Of a stretch of DNA of 64,000 nucleotides, positions 36,348 through 51,300 are shown in pieces. The notes under the pieces were generated by a model, which was given only the letters and a program-made list of their open reading frames with translations, searched no databases and had not been told where the DNA came from. This DNA comes from Phoronis australis. Taxonomy: Eukaryota; Animalia; Phoronida. The translations under genes and the position numbers were made by a program. The stretch spans positions 186,001 through 250,000 of the forward strand of contig NMRA01000101.1 of the NCBI GenBank assembly GCA_002633005.1, written 5' to 3'. The first letter of the stretch is position 1; each line of letters starts with the position of its first letter.

Positions 36348-39300
36348 CTGAAATAAAGCAAAGTATTACCGTAGTCTACACAGTCACAATCTCTTTGTAT
36401 TCAGGTAATGATTTAACATGGAATTTTCACAGTGGATGTGAATAATAATAAGTCCAGGTCAGTAATAATAATAATTCATTATAAACAAATAACTTAACAT
36501 GAAGAATAAATTGAGAGTCTGTCAGGGATAAAAAGAGACACAAAATGACAAACATGGGTCACAATCACAACACAATCACTTGTGCAAAAAAATCTTTCAC
36601 AGTTCACTTGAATGCAAACAAGCATCAATTTTGATTAAATGTTGAGCTGGAAGAACATTGAGACAGCCAGTATGCATTTCAGGCCAATACTGTTTATCTT
36701 TCGACGGATGACCTGTTGGCTGCACTACACAATTTTTTGAACATTCACTGCCTTGACTTACTGATATTGGTCTGGTTGATCTGGCACAAGGTGGCGCTCT
36801 GAGATTATCTTGTTAGCTTGACACTTACTAACTGTAATAGAACATAGTGCATGTCACACACAGTGTCATGGCTTAATCAATGCAATTCACATTTAAAGCT
36901 GGTAATGCAGGAAAAATTCTTTAACACTGAAGTTCAAAAATGCACAAATAACTAATACAGTTGGACACTAGGAAACTACATATAACCTGCTTCCAATTTC
37001 TAAATCTAATTGTATGGAATTGCACCATAAAATCTGTTGAATCATTCAGAGGGAGCAAGTGTCTGAATGTTCAAAAATACAACTAAGCTCCAAAACACCA
37101 TTTTTCGAAATAGCACGATGAAATATGCCATGTAACTGATGGCGAAAGAGTAGTTGGTGGACAGCATTCTGCATCCTTCTATGAATTTAGCGGGTAATGC
37201 AACCAGTTTTAGGATTTATTTTAGTCAAAGGACTGATCCTTGTTAACTTGGAGATATATATCCTGTGTTACCCCTGGCAAGTGTTTACAATCCACATAAC
37301 ATTTGAAACTGACAAGGACAACCCAGCAAGAGGATTGTGGCTCTGCATTCAACTACCACTGAGCAAAGACAATATCCTACTCAAACAGTGTCTGTGTCAG
37401 TCATTTGTGTTTGCTCAATGGAAGTGAATGCAGAGCCAAGATGCAGGCTTTTTACTGGGTTAAGCATGTGGTGCCTTTGTGCTCCTTCAGAGCTCAAGAG
37501 TTGTGTGTAAAGTGTATCCTCTTGGGACAACGTCCAAATACAAGCAACCAAAATCATTTTGAGGTTTAAATCTTTCATTGTCTATTGTACACACAGTTAA
37601 GGGTGTTGTTTATATAATTATCTTCAACTTTAATGCAAGTCCAATTCAACATATCATTTGTTTCTGTTGAGTCTAACTACCTCAGAGTGCTCTCATAGGT
37701 TCAGAATGACACACGCTCTTACATACAGACACACAATGCAATAGCAGCTAGAATTAGCAGTGCCAGTGTTTTGTTCAATAGCACTTGCATTTAAAAAAAA
37801 AATTGCTGCCAACATACACAAATATCTATCAATTGTTATACTGATGTTACATCCATGACAGACAGAGTTCACTAGTCAATACGTAGAATCACACCTCGTC
37901 TTAGATTCTCACTCAAACTGATGTTACATTTACGGCAGACAGAGGTCACTAGTCAATACGTAGAATCACACCTCGTCTTAGATTCTCACTCAAACTGATG
38001 TTACATTCACGGCAGACAGAGGTCACTAGTCAATACGTAGAATCACACCTCGTCTTAGATTCTCACTCAAACTGATGTTACATTCAGGGCAGACAGATGT
38101 CACTAGTCAATACGTAGAATCACACCTCGTCTTAGATTCTCACTCAAACTGATGTTACATTCATGGCAGACAGAGGTCACTAGTCAATACGTAGAATCAT
38201 ACCTAGTCTAAGATTCTGACTCAAAGTGGTGTTACAACTTCCTGTCACATGATGACAAGTACAACTGTCTGGGCAGAAGCAGATGTTCTTGCAACCCTTG
38301 CCGTGAAAACCATGGGAACACTCTGTAACAATATTATTATCATCAGTTACAGTAAATGAACCAATAAAATAGAAAAAAATAACAAAGTGGAAAAATTACA
38401 TGTGTGCACTTTTATTTACAGAATGGCCCCTTCCTAGAGTCTTGGGCCAAACAGCAGTTGAGATAACTCATATTTGTCAGGGCCTTGTCCCATCCAACAA
38501 CTTGGCACTTGACCAGTCAAACAAATTCTGAAGTTATACAAGGTCCCAGTAGCCAAGAAACTGCTAATCTATTTCTTAATTTTTGACGAAAGAAAACTAG
38601 TGAAGATGTAAACAACACCAATGTAGTCAAAATATGTTGAAAGATTACAGTCACGTGAGGCAAAGTTAAAACGAGAGCGTTCGAAGGAGCGACACTTGGC
38701 GGAATTAATCGAAAAGACGACGAACACGATATCATTCATGTGACTGGCGAAGAAATCAAATAGAGAGCATACAATCAACTACAATAAAGAATGAAAGCCC
38801 GTTCAAAACTCTATCTAAAGTGGTAGTTTGGCAAACACGATAACATTCATGTGACTAGTGAAGAAATCAAATAGAGAGCATACACTCAACTACAATAAAG
38901 AACAATAGATGGCGCAACATGACGGTCCAGTCTGCAGTAGGACAGTGCTGGCTAGGTCAGTCTGGGTCAACTAGGCATAACCAAAATAAAGTGAACTGAA
39001 AGCCAGCCAGCTGCGTCCTTTCATAGGTGACCGAAGGAACAACGGCATTCGAAAATCTCGAATAATTCAAAAGTAGACGTAGCGCAAAATGGAAATATCG
39101 TCTGAAAGTCCGTCCACAACTCTACGTACTTTGATAGAGCATACAATCAACTACGATAAAGAACAATAGATGGCGCAACATTACGGACGAGGCATGCTTT
39201 ACAGTAGGACAGTGCTGGCTGGGTCAGTCTGGGTCAACTAGGCATAACCAAAACAAAATGAGCTGAAAGCCAGCCAGCTGCGTGTGACCGAAGGAACAAC

Positions 39301-42300
39301 GGTATCAGAAAATCTCGAATAATTCAAAAAGTAGACGTCGTAGCACAAAATGGAAAATATCTCCTGAAAGCCCGTTCAAAACTCTATCTAAAGAGGTAGT
39401 TTGGCAAAAATCCAAAAATTTTTCGATAAAATTGAAAATTTGCCATTTTTTTTGAAATTCAAAGTCAAATAACTCGAAAACGGTAAGTCTGAGAAATACG
39501 CTCTCTCAGACTTTTTGAAAGGCCATACTTCAAGGAATCCACATGCAAAAATTCACGTCATTTAACTCTTCCCGTTAAAAATGCGACACCAGAGCAATTG
39601 AAATCGTGTGAACATGCGCCACAGCCGCCATCTTGAAAGTGACTTCCGGTTCAACAATTTTTTATAAAAGCTTATTAAACTCAACAATCACGTGACCAGT
39701 TTGAAAGTGATTGGTTTGCAAATGCGCCCTCTACAGGAGAAAACGTTTTTGGCCATATTTCGGGGTGTGCATGCGCCACGTCCAATATTTCCACCATCTT
39801 TGACCGGAAGTCAACGACAGTTGTAGCACTTGCGTTGTAGTATAATCGTACCGATTTTCAGCCACGTACGTCGAAAAATGCGGCCTCTACGAGTATTTGA
39901 CTGTGAAATCGGATACAAAATGGCCGCCACGTCCGCCATTTTGTATCCGATCATGACCAAAAACAATAGGCTTCCAGGACTTTCCAATCTACACGTTGTG
40001 TGCAAATTGCGTGAAAATCGTGACCTGTAGAGTGCAAACAAACAAAAAAAAAACTTGCTGTCAGACCAACATACTTGGCGGAATTCTTCCGCCAAGTAAC
40101 AATCAACCCATTAGAACAAAATAAACTACAACCAGCAGTTTCGCAAAATAAAGCAATTTAGAAGCATCATACATCAATTAAACTGCACACATTGACAAAA
40201 TGCATTGAAATAATTATTCATACTGGTTGATCCCCAATTCAAAACTGAAACAGATTCTTTGAAGGACATCAGATCACTAAGATAAATGCACTGTGGGGGT
40301 TAGGTACACAAACCTAGTCTAATTATTATTGCAATTCTGAATTCTCTTGTTCCTTAATTTTGGATGGAAATAAAGCAAAAAGAAACACAGCCAAAGACTA
40401 AAGACATAAAATTGGGACTAGTGAACAAAGGAGCAGACATTGCCCATAGTCATTCTGTTGTTGGAAACTCATTTTTGTCATTCAAAGACTGAAAAGGCTC
40501 GACTTCAATGACAGATTCAGTTTGAAAAGAGTGCAGTGTCAAAAGTAGGACTCCAACACTGTTAGCAGTAGGCAGTGATATCACTGGTAGCCATCTATGT
40601 TTCTAAATCACCAAACAAAAAGTCAGCCACAAACGTCGAGGAGTTGTGGTTACAGGATATTCAAATCGCAGCAGTTAAAAAGCATTCAGTGATGGAAGGT
40701 GGGACATGACATACAGCACCTCAGGCAACTAAATGACTGATGTAAATATAAGAACATTTTCGGAAAATGAAGGGAGACTCATTATATAAACAAAAGCTGA
40801 CATTTTACAAAGCAAATTGTTACAACAGTACATAGGGGTTATGATGGCATTAAGATTCACCAACGCATTCCTTTACATCAAAATTTTCAATTGAAGTAAC
40901 GAGAATATACAGTGAGAATCATGCCCATGCCATGCTCCAACCTATATCATCCTCAACATATTGAATATAGTCAAAATATTCTTGAATATAGTCAACATAC
41001 GTATTATTGGTTAGTAACTGTCAAGCCAATAGTCTTGCCAAAAAAATACTTCAGCTCCACATGAATTTCTAAGTGTAGTCACTGGTTTAGCCATTTCACA
41101 CACAGGCAAACACATTGTTTATGTCTGACATGCCACCTGGTTATCAATAACACCTCCATTGATCTAACAGCAAAGTTGTTCCTTTCACACTGACATGCAT
41201 TGGTGACATAACATATAAAAATCTAGACAAACACCCGTGGATTCATAACATGCGCTGTTCACAATAGTGCCAATATTTTGGAAATTAACCAAGGCATCCA
41301 ATGCCTTTTTCTACTTTGTGAAAGTGGAAAATTTAATTGGGGACCGCTGGGTCTATTGAGGTACAAGTTATTACTTGTATCTTCGAATGGACTGAAGAAA
41401 TGATGACAAGGAATGATTGCAAATTCAGAACACAGTATTCATTATGTAGCTTAGAGTGCAGTATTTACCATTGACTCAAGAGTGAATTCACATGTAACAT
41501 TCATCGTATATGAAACGGCTGAAAAATTTTCCAACTTCTAATACACAATTGACAAAGAAGCTTTTGGGAAAAGGCAGGATGCTGAAAAAGTAAGTGGATG
41601 ATGTGTTGCGGTAAGCAAGCAAGCATTCCAATGTACACGGGACATCTTACCTGGAAAGGTTCGCAAAATTTCCATAATTTTCTTGAAAATCTTTCATCAG
41701 TAGATTTTGCGAGTAGTATTGCGGTAATGAATGAGAGACGTTGAAACAAATTCACAGAAAACAAATCAGAATCTGTTATGCCATTAAATAGAAAAAGGAA
41801 CAAATGTCTATAATTGTAGTCCTCTCTAGTGGGATTTAAAAAAAACCTACAAATGAAACACTGCTGAGTTTCTAGAAAATTTGTGGTAAACAGAAATGCT
41901 ATGTTAGAGTTTGCAATTCCTGCTGATGGTTGACAGACCAGTAGAAACATTGGCAACAAACACATAGGAGTGTGTATGAACGTCTAATTACCAGTTTCAA
42001 CTGAATATTGGTAAAAAACAAATTGACTTATAAACAGAAGGTCAAATGACTACAATGCAATACCTCGAGAGGAGGTGCATATATGTTGATGAACGATAGA
42101 AAGGAAAATATGCTTTAGACAAGTGACCTTGGATATGTTGACTAACAGCCACTGGCTTCTGTTACTATAATGACAACATGGCCTCTGTTATTAGAAGTTA
42201 GAACATCAATTGGTTGGAAGTGACAACAGACTATACACTGTTAGTGAGTCCAGTGAATGTTATATCTTAAAACAAGACTAAGAAATGAAATCACATCATA

Positions 42301-45300
42301 ACTAATCCAAAGATTAATGGCTAAGATATTAAAAAGATTTTAGTAAGACAGTACACTGCGTTGTTACGGCAATGACTTGCTAGAAAAAAGGCAGAACTGA
42401 ATTGTGTGTCATTGAGTGTACAAACAGAAATAAATACAGAGTAAGAACACTTTGAATGAGCATGTGCACCTCCCGACCGTACACTAGAGTTCATTTATTA
42501 GCCAAGCTTTGATCAATTTTGACGAAATCAGATAATTTGAAAATTAATGTAATACAAATCAACTTTATACCTGTGCAGTTTACTAATGTTATGTAATACA
42601 AATCAACTTTATAGCTGTGCAGTTTACTAATGTTATGTAAGACAAATCAACTTTATAGCTGTGCAGTTTACTAATGTTATGTAATACAAATCAACTTTAT
42701 AGCTGTGCAGTTTACTAATGTTATGCAATACAAATCAACTTTATAGCTGTGCAGTTTACTAATGTTATGTAATACAAATCAACTGTATAGCTGTGCAGTT
42801 TACTAATGTTATGTAAGACCTTACTGACAAGTCTGTGCATTTAGAAAAATATCTACAGAACTAAAGACTTTAAATAGGCTAGCAAAAGCATATTATTTTC
42901 TGAAAGTAGAAATTCCATAGAATTTGATGGTTGACTTTTACTAATCTGGCATTAGTAAGCTCACATGACCAAGCTCTAAGTAAAATTTAGCCAAAAAGAA
43001 AAGTTTACCTTCATAGCAAAACAACAGGATCAATTACATGAGCAAATTTCACACGTTATAATTATTAAAAGCGTAATTTCAAATATGATGTAAACAGTTA
43101 CAGATTTCTAAATTATTGTTTTGTTAACGTTTTATGCTCCTTGTAAGTTTTTTTCACGAAAATCATTTAAGTCATACTATTAATTTTTGATAGTTCCTCA
43201 TTCAATAATGGAATATTCTAAAAACAATTCCTACCAGCATTTTAGAGAACAGTGCACAAAGCATAGTACTTGAAAGTTCCAAGGCATCGGTTCAGCCACT
43301 TCAGATACATGATGAACATTACCAAGTTGGCCAAATTTGAAATTTTTCTAGGGTCCTATAAAACCTTAACAAGACTACAAAGACATTTTGAGAACAGCAT
43401 CAGTTTTTGAAAAAAGCATTTGGAAAAAATGTGATTTTTGGAAATTCAAAAGTTTGTATTTATAAAAATAATGTCTCAAGAACATTTTACTTTTGTAACA
43501 AGTTATGAATCATTTCCTGCACGCTATTTAATGAAGTATGACACAAAGAGGCAAATATTAGAAAATTGATCAATCTTTCTACATCCTTAAATACACGTCT
43601 GGGTGTATTGGGAGGCAATAACGACTTATTAAGAAGTGCCACAGCAACGCCCATTTCACCAGACATAGAATTCCTGTTTATAGACACCTTTGGTAATATT
43701 AACGCTGAAGTCATCAGGGGTTATTGATTTCAATCATAGTGAAAACTCTTTAATTTGAAACAGCAATAAATACTAAAATTGCAGCATTCCTAGATATACT
43801 TTGCAAAAGCTAACAACATAGAGGACACATAAAGACAAATTTTGAGGAACACACAAACAGGAAATTGAATATGCTTTCACGTTTTAAGCAGTGATTACTT
43901 TAATTTAATCCTGTCCCAACAGGGACTTGAACACCATGGGTAGACAGACTGTTATCAAATAACTCAACACAAACCATGGTTAGACAGCCTAAATAGTCAA
44001 GCAGATAAGAATCGACAAGGAAACCTTTAACCATAGTATCTCATACAACTGGCTTACAAATCTTCATTAATTTGCCAAATCTGTTAAGCCACACCATATC
44101 AGCATAGAATGTAGCTATATTTGTCTCATTCTAAGTGACAAAATAAGCATAATTCAGGCTGGGTACAAATTATTGCAATTCATATGTTGTAGGTATTATT
44201 GAACAATGCACTTGTCACTAATTCGTGAGTATATAATCAATAAATACTAACACAACTACAACTACAACATTGAATAACAAGATGACAGTTTTAAGACAAC
44301 ACAGCAACAGTTCTAAACTGCCTAGGTTACCATTGGCAAATCTATGACAAGCACTCAACAGAACATGCAGTGTGAAGTGAAGGAATTTTAATTTTCTCAA
44401 GACACAACTAACATTCACCAACCACCAAGAACTGTACAATCTATTAATGACACCAAACGATTCCCCGCGACTGACACACAAGTATTTAGTAACAAAAAAC
44501 AGCCAGACACCAAAGAAACACAGCCCAAGTGCATAACAAAGAGACATGATGAACTTGACCCCTGTTACAGTACTCACTCTTCTCACACCATTGGCCAGTG
44601 TATCCTGCCTTGCACACACATGCGCCATCTGTTGGACGACAGGTGGCACCATTCTCACAGGAGCAGTTCTGCACACAGTTTTTACCATACATGTTCCAGG
44701 GACAAGAGAGATGGCAATATATGCCCATCCAACCAGCGTGACAGCGACATCCATCTGGAATGAATAAATGAAGCAAATTGTTCAATGGTGAGTACTTTAT
44801 TATTGAGCAAACACAGCGCCAAAGTATTTTGATAAAACACATGCATTTGAAATGTTGACAAACAAGTCATCATTTCACTCCATCTTTGAATATAACACAA
44901 CTTCTAATTTGTCTCCATAGAAACTGATAGGATATCGACAAAGTGAATGTGTCACTAAGTGTAAACAATGACAATGTCACCTCAGTCAGTGATTCCGTGG
45001 GCAAGCTGCATCCATATTAAAACGGAATACCGTACTCTCCCTAATAAAGACCAGGGCAAGGGGGTAAATCGATTTCACAGGCACCCTATTTAGTATTGCT
45101 CAGAAAACCATGTTTTGAGATTGAATTTGGTAGTCATTCAAAACTATTGTTGTTGGTTGTTATTACGTATTGAAAAATAAAAAAGTACGATCAATCACAA
45201 AATTTGATTCATACAACTGATAGTTTTTTGAATACTTTCCATAACCTACAGAAAACTGATATGTTTCTGTAAGTGAATTTTTATTTGTGTAGATTACAAT

Positions 45301-48300
45301 GAAGCACAGAAAGAGGCTCTTTGTCTCGACAAGCCTATGAAGGGCTGCTTATAAGGGTAAGGGTGCTAAATATGGAGAATACAGTAGATTTTGCAGTGCA
45401 ACAGCTGAGCTGACACCTGATGTGCAGACTCCATGACTACTACAGTTGTTGTTGTCACAGAGAAGCTGTTCACACGACGACCCCGTCCAGTGTTTATGGC
45501 ACACACAGTCACCATTAACGCAGTTGCCATGGACACATCGGTCACAGTCTGGTGAATGGATGCATACGACAGTTGAAACTTCTCTCTCACAGCTGAAGTC
45601 CCCACTGGAACAGAACAATAATTTGTCTGGACAGCTGCTGTAAGATTGTTTAAGGGATAGAGAGTGCTGTACAAACAAAGCAAGGGAATACGTACGTTTT
45701 TGGGTAAACTTACAAGAATTTGCAAAATGGCGCATGAGTTTATCTTTGTTTTCTTGTGATAAAATAAACGGCACATCATCTATTAAAGAAGCTTTCTGTT
45801 AAAAACAGACTTTCGATTTTGGCCACGTACTGTTATAAAATCGTCCTCATCTTGTTCCTTTCTAAGATTAGACATGCCTTGCAGGCTTGAGATGAAGTAG
45901 CAGTTCATTATTTCTACAGACCCGGCTCGCTAAAGTTTTATATGGTGCACTACTTTCAGATGATGATGCAGTGTGCCTGCTAGTGGAATTCTTGGCATCT
46001 TATCATTACCTAATTTCAATTCAAACAAAGGACAAAAACACAGCAAAAACACTTTGTGCAGAAAGCTGCATTTTGATAACAAAACATGGTTTATAGTTGC
46101 TTTTAAGTTCAATTGAGTGGTGCATTGGTGAGTCAAAAATGTCCAATTTCAAAGTAAATCAAAAATATCACCTATGGGCACCAATACCATCACAGGATAA
46201 TCAGAGAAAACGTGTCGACTAACCTTAGATCACGAAGTGCAAACTTAAACCATAACAGGCACATTTATTTACCTATTAACAGCACTCAATATACCTTTAA
46301 ATTTACAGTGATCAATGATTGTCAAACAAATAAAAATAGATTTATTACTAGCTAGGGACACACTTAAGCGTATGGCCAACAGAGGGGGAGGGGGCATACT
46401 ATAGGAACTAAGCCTATCAAGGTGAAGATGCGTACCTTCCAAAATTCCCATAAGCCTGTTTATAACCCCGTAAAATCTCAGTTAAGGCAAAAAAGCACCA
46501 CAAGCTCCCGTCTATGTTTTTGTTGAAAATTGAGTGCTCTATTCTTTTTAGTTGCTCACAAAATCTGCCTGCGACAAGTAAACATGCGGGATTTGGTTTT
46601 TACTCATCAGTTAGAAAATTGCAGCGTTCCAAACCTTGCTTACCCTCGCTTACATGCCTTTGTGTATCTTCTCAAAAAAACAAGAGACCTTGGCTGAAAT
46701 TGATACAGGAAGCCATTTCTTTTAGTTGGTGAGCACAGGTTTCAAATTGGAGTAGAAACCAAAACCAACTATTGTTTTGTGACCTACATTTTTACTGCAA
46801 AAAATGAAGATATCCACCAACACTACACATACTGCATTCTAATGACCTAAGTTAATTTAGGCTTACCAAACATCTGATGGGTAGTTTGCCAATGAAGCGT
46901 TAGTAACAAAAGTAGCAGATCCACCACCATCAAGATTGATGGCATTGACAACTCCGAGACCGATGAGGAAGTCGGCAAAATCCCACAGGTTGATTCTGGA
47001 AAGTAATAATGCTTTATGACCTTCACAAGTTCTAAAATTGTATTATACATTGTGATTTAGGAACTTTCACTTTAAAACTCAAGCACAATACCCAGTTTGA
47101 AGCATTTTGAAGCTTAGTTTGCAGCTGCGTTGTTTTAAAATTCTGTCCGACTGTTCTCAGTCGAGCAATAGCAAACAGCTTACTACTCTACTTTTCATAT
47201 TTTGTTGTGTGTTGGAAGAAACTAAATGAGAACCATTTGAGACTAAACCTTTGACATATATTCGCCTTAATAAGAGCCAATAAGTAAACCTTACTCAATT
47301 TTAATTCAGCTGCAGTCTAAGTAGATGACATTGGAGAGGGAAGAGCTTTTATTGTACAAAGGTTCAGAGAGATAGGTTGACTTATATGTTGTTAAATTGG
47401 GTTATGAGAAAACGAGTGAACGGGTAATGAACATCTTAGTCAAATAAGTATGCTTTAAACATTAATTTAATTATTACAATATAATTTCTTGCAACACAGG
47501 CCAAGTTTTAGTATACGCATGGCATTTTTAAGGAATTTTCTTACACAGTTTTTCATGACGAAAATTGTAACACTGTTCTGTCTTTCCAAGTGTAGAAAAG
47601 GCTTAACATGCAGGTATGTGTCTTTAGGCAGAACAGGACACGTTAATAGGCAGCTTTAAATGTATCACCATTGATAATCCTTGGTATAGATTCTTTTTGA
47701 GTGATTACTCCTTACCCTGTTTGATACGACTTTCCATCCACCTGAACGATGACAATATTTCCTGCACCGTCGTGACCAATCGCAGTCCGAGCAGATATCA
47801 CATTTATGAATCCATCAAGACTTCCAGTCTCTTGAGTGTCGGAACATTCTGCATACCTGCTCGCATTAACATAACTCTCACCATTGCGAACGAGCCAGAC
47901 AACTCCACCTAATAACTCCTTGAAGTTCATGTCGATGAGGTCTCTCTCAGACAGATAGCTTTAAATAAGAGAGCACAAAATTTCATTAGATAGCATGATG
48001 CTAAACAAACACAAAATGTACTACTAAAACTAATGTGATTTTCAACAAACCTTGTCATCATGAAATTGGAAACACTTAGGAACATTTTCTCATTTAAATC
48101 ACTACAAACAGTAAATGATCATTAAAAATTAAAGTGAAGGTTAATGAATAACAGCAAATTTCAGCAAAAACCGAGACTATAATAGAATGAGTTTTAAAAA
48201 ATGTTTACATACACAATAAAACTATAAACACTACAAAATCATCTCACGGATTTTCTAAGGCAAGCCTTTTATAGAAATTTGTGTTTAAGTTTCAATCATA

Positions 48301-51300
48301 GCACAAGAGTAAAAAGCTACAAACCCTGTGAAAATTTTCCCATCTTTTGTTATACCAAAATGAGCATTTTGTATCCCACCAGAGTCACGAACTAGTCTTC
48401 CATCACTCACAATGTTGCCTGAAAAAAAGAATTAGACTACAATGCCAGGCCATTGAGTTATCCCTATTCCTCCTCAGTTCAGTTCTAACTTGGGTGAAGA
48501 TGAATATGTTTGTGTACAGGGACCTGTTTCAATAAAAGTGACTTGAGTATGTTTGTGTACAGGGACCTGTTTCAATAAAAGTGACTTAAGACGTAAGACT
48601 GAAACTTTGGTCTTAGGCTTCCACTTCACAATTGCTGAATAAAGTTTAGGCCAAGTAATTATGGGTCCACAAATAATTTACACAAATAAGTAATTATGGG
48701 TCCACAAATAAATTACAGAAATAAGTAATTATGGCTACACAAATAATTTACAGAAATAAGTAATTATGGCTACACAAATAATTTACAGAAATAAGTAATT
48801 ATGACTACACAAATAATTTACAGAAATAAGTAATTATGGCTACACAAATAATTTACAGAAATAAGTAATTATGGCTACACAAATAATTTACAGAAATAAG
48901 TAATCATGGCTACACAAATAATTTACAGAAATAAGTAATCATGGCTACACAAATAATTTACAGAAAAAAGTAATCATGGCTACACAAATAATTTACAGAA
49001 ATAAGTAATTATGGGTCCACAAATAATTTACACAAATAAGTAATTATGGGTCCACAAATAATTTACACAAATAAGTAATTTTGGGTCCACAAATAATTTA
49101 CACAAATAAGTAATTATGGCTACACAAATAATTTACACAAATAAGTAATTTTCCGAGACTTTAGTGTTTGCTCAAGTGAGATGTATCTATTTTTCACAGA
49201 TAGTTGTGCGGAGTTAAGACTAAATTTCTGACTTACATAAGTCTAAATGACTTCTCATGAAATGGACCCCTGGGTGTAACTCTCATATTTCACAGGAGTT
49301 TTACCATAATGCAGATTATGCACACAACAGGAGTGCTTTCAATCAATTCGTGTTTGATAGCAAAATGTAATGATGAAAGTTTTAAAGACAAAAAACTTTT
49401 TAAATGTCAGAAATTAAAGAAGTTTTTACAAGCACGTAAGACATGCAATAAATATTTTTCGTTTTAGGAGACAATGAGTCAGAGCTAGAAATAATACTAA
49501 CAAAAGATACACAGCTATTTAAAAGGTTTACAGTTCAAATGCAAGGAAAGTCATTTTTCAAACTCCATCAATACGAGATCAAAATGCCCCACTACTGCAC
49601 CGCAAATGGTATGCTTCCTGGGTTATTATTAGTATCATACATGACCAATAGGTGATGCAAATTATGCCAAATCGTACGAAAATGGGAAGGTCTCAGTTAG
49701 CCAGCCAGCTAGCTATATGAAGACAAACATAACAAGAGCAACGCAGAGCGTTGAAATGCGCCCACAATTGCACCGCATACGGTATCCTTCTAGGGTAAGT
49801 TCTGCTCGTCACCTTGTTGTGAAACTTATATCAACATGTAGAGCTAACAACCGGCAGGGGTGCATGCAAAATCTGGTAGATAACCAACACTCACCTTGCC
49901 CGTAGCAGCCGTTTAATTAATTTTCTTGCATAATTATTATTTTTATTATAATTGTAACAAAGAAAAGTCGGTTGTCGTTTTGAAAACAGTACGCTCATGT
50001 TATGTGCACGTGCCATTTCCTAAATTTTTTACGACATTTCTCGGGAGATGATAACAGCTTAGCTGCAGCAAAATTTGCAAATATGGAATTGCCACTAGGG
50101 GCGTCACAGTGGTTGAGCTTGTTCGAAAATCAACATCAGCTGTAGTCTTCTTGGCAAGAACGCATGCGCCAATTTTCATAACGATCCTTCAAGCACTTTG
50201 GCAAATAGAGCGACAGACACTAAAAACGGACTCGAGTAAACGAAAATAGCCTCTAGGTAGCGCAGAATTTACTGAATCCATGGGAAAATAACAAGCATCA
50301 TCTTCTCCTTCACAGAAACATCTTTGCCAAATTTCAAGAAAATGCAACAATTAGAACTCCGAAGATACAGAGGTAAACATAAAGAATTAAAATTGTCACT
50401 AGGGATTATGGTGGTAATCGTATCGGTCCAAAACTTGTCATCATTTCACAGGAACACATCTACAAGGCATATATGAGATAGAGTAGCAAATGCATTGACA
50501 GAGATGACAGCAATATACACGAACATATATGTATATGTGGGAACATAAAAAAGGATTTCCAATGGTCAACTCACCCAGACATGATGCATTATGGGTGTTG
50601 AAAAATCCACCATTAATTGCAATGTAGCACTTCTTCTGCTTAGCACTGTGTCGGACAGTAGCTCTCACTGGATTACTGGCATTACAGCCACCGACACCAG
50701 ATGGCTCTAGAACACTCAACGTTTTCAATGGATTTTGGGCTACAGCGTAATGGCCGTAGGCACCATTGTAACTGCTTGGGAATGACTTTGAAAAGATCTT
50801 CAAGTTATCGATGGGTAAAGAATTGTTTGTGTTAACAGGGTAAAGCTCATGAGTTCTGTTAGCGTAGCGGATGTGTTGGCAGTCCCGCACGTGTCGATGG
50901 GAGTGTCTTGGTCCGTGCTGGCCCTCAGGGTAGGGTAAAAGCCAATCGTATTCTGTCACACTGAAATTTTAAGAAATTGTTTCTAAAACATTGATGAACA
51001 AGTATTTACATGCTGGATTTTCATCTAAATGTACATGTGAAACAATGACATTCAAAATTTCAAAATGCTTTTGAGAAATGTACACGTTATTACGCACAAC
51101 AAAAGCTTTAAAACAATACAAACCTGTATCGTGAATGTAGGACCACAGAACTTCACACTAACAATTTAGTTTTAAACTTTATGTAATCTTATTTACTTAT
51201 TTCTCTAACAAATCATTAAAAAAGCAATATTGAAAAGCTGCTAACTCTTGCTGGTGCCCTATTCATGTAAGAAGATAAAGTTAACATTCTGTAATTAAAA

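Noticed and set aside
42824-42831. 8-nt micro-exon in NAGPA intron 7 (cacag|acttgtca|gtaagg, minus strand)
   Set aside because: Would shift the frame between two phase-1 exons that already join correctly
44218-44900. Overlapping alternative-frame ORFs around NAGPA exon 7 (likewise exon 6)
   Set aside because: Shadow frames of Cys-rich exons running into introns
48653-49150. Minisatellites here and at 13766, 26326, 37846 and 42547 as CRISPR arrays
   Set aside because: Contiguous tandem units with no unique spacers, no cas genes, eukaryotic context
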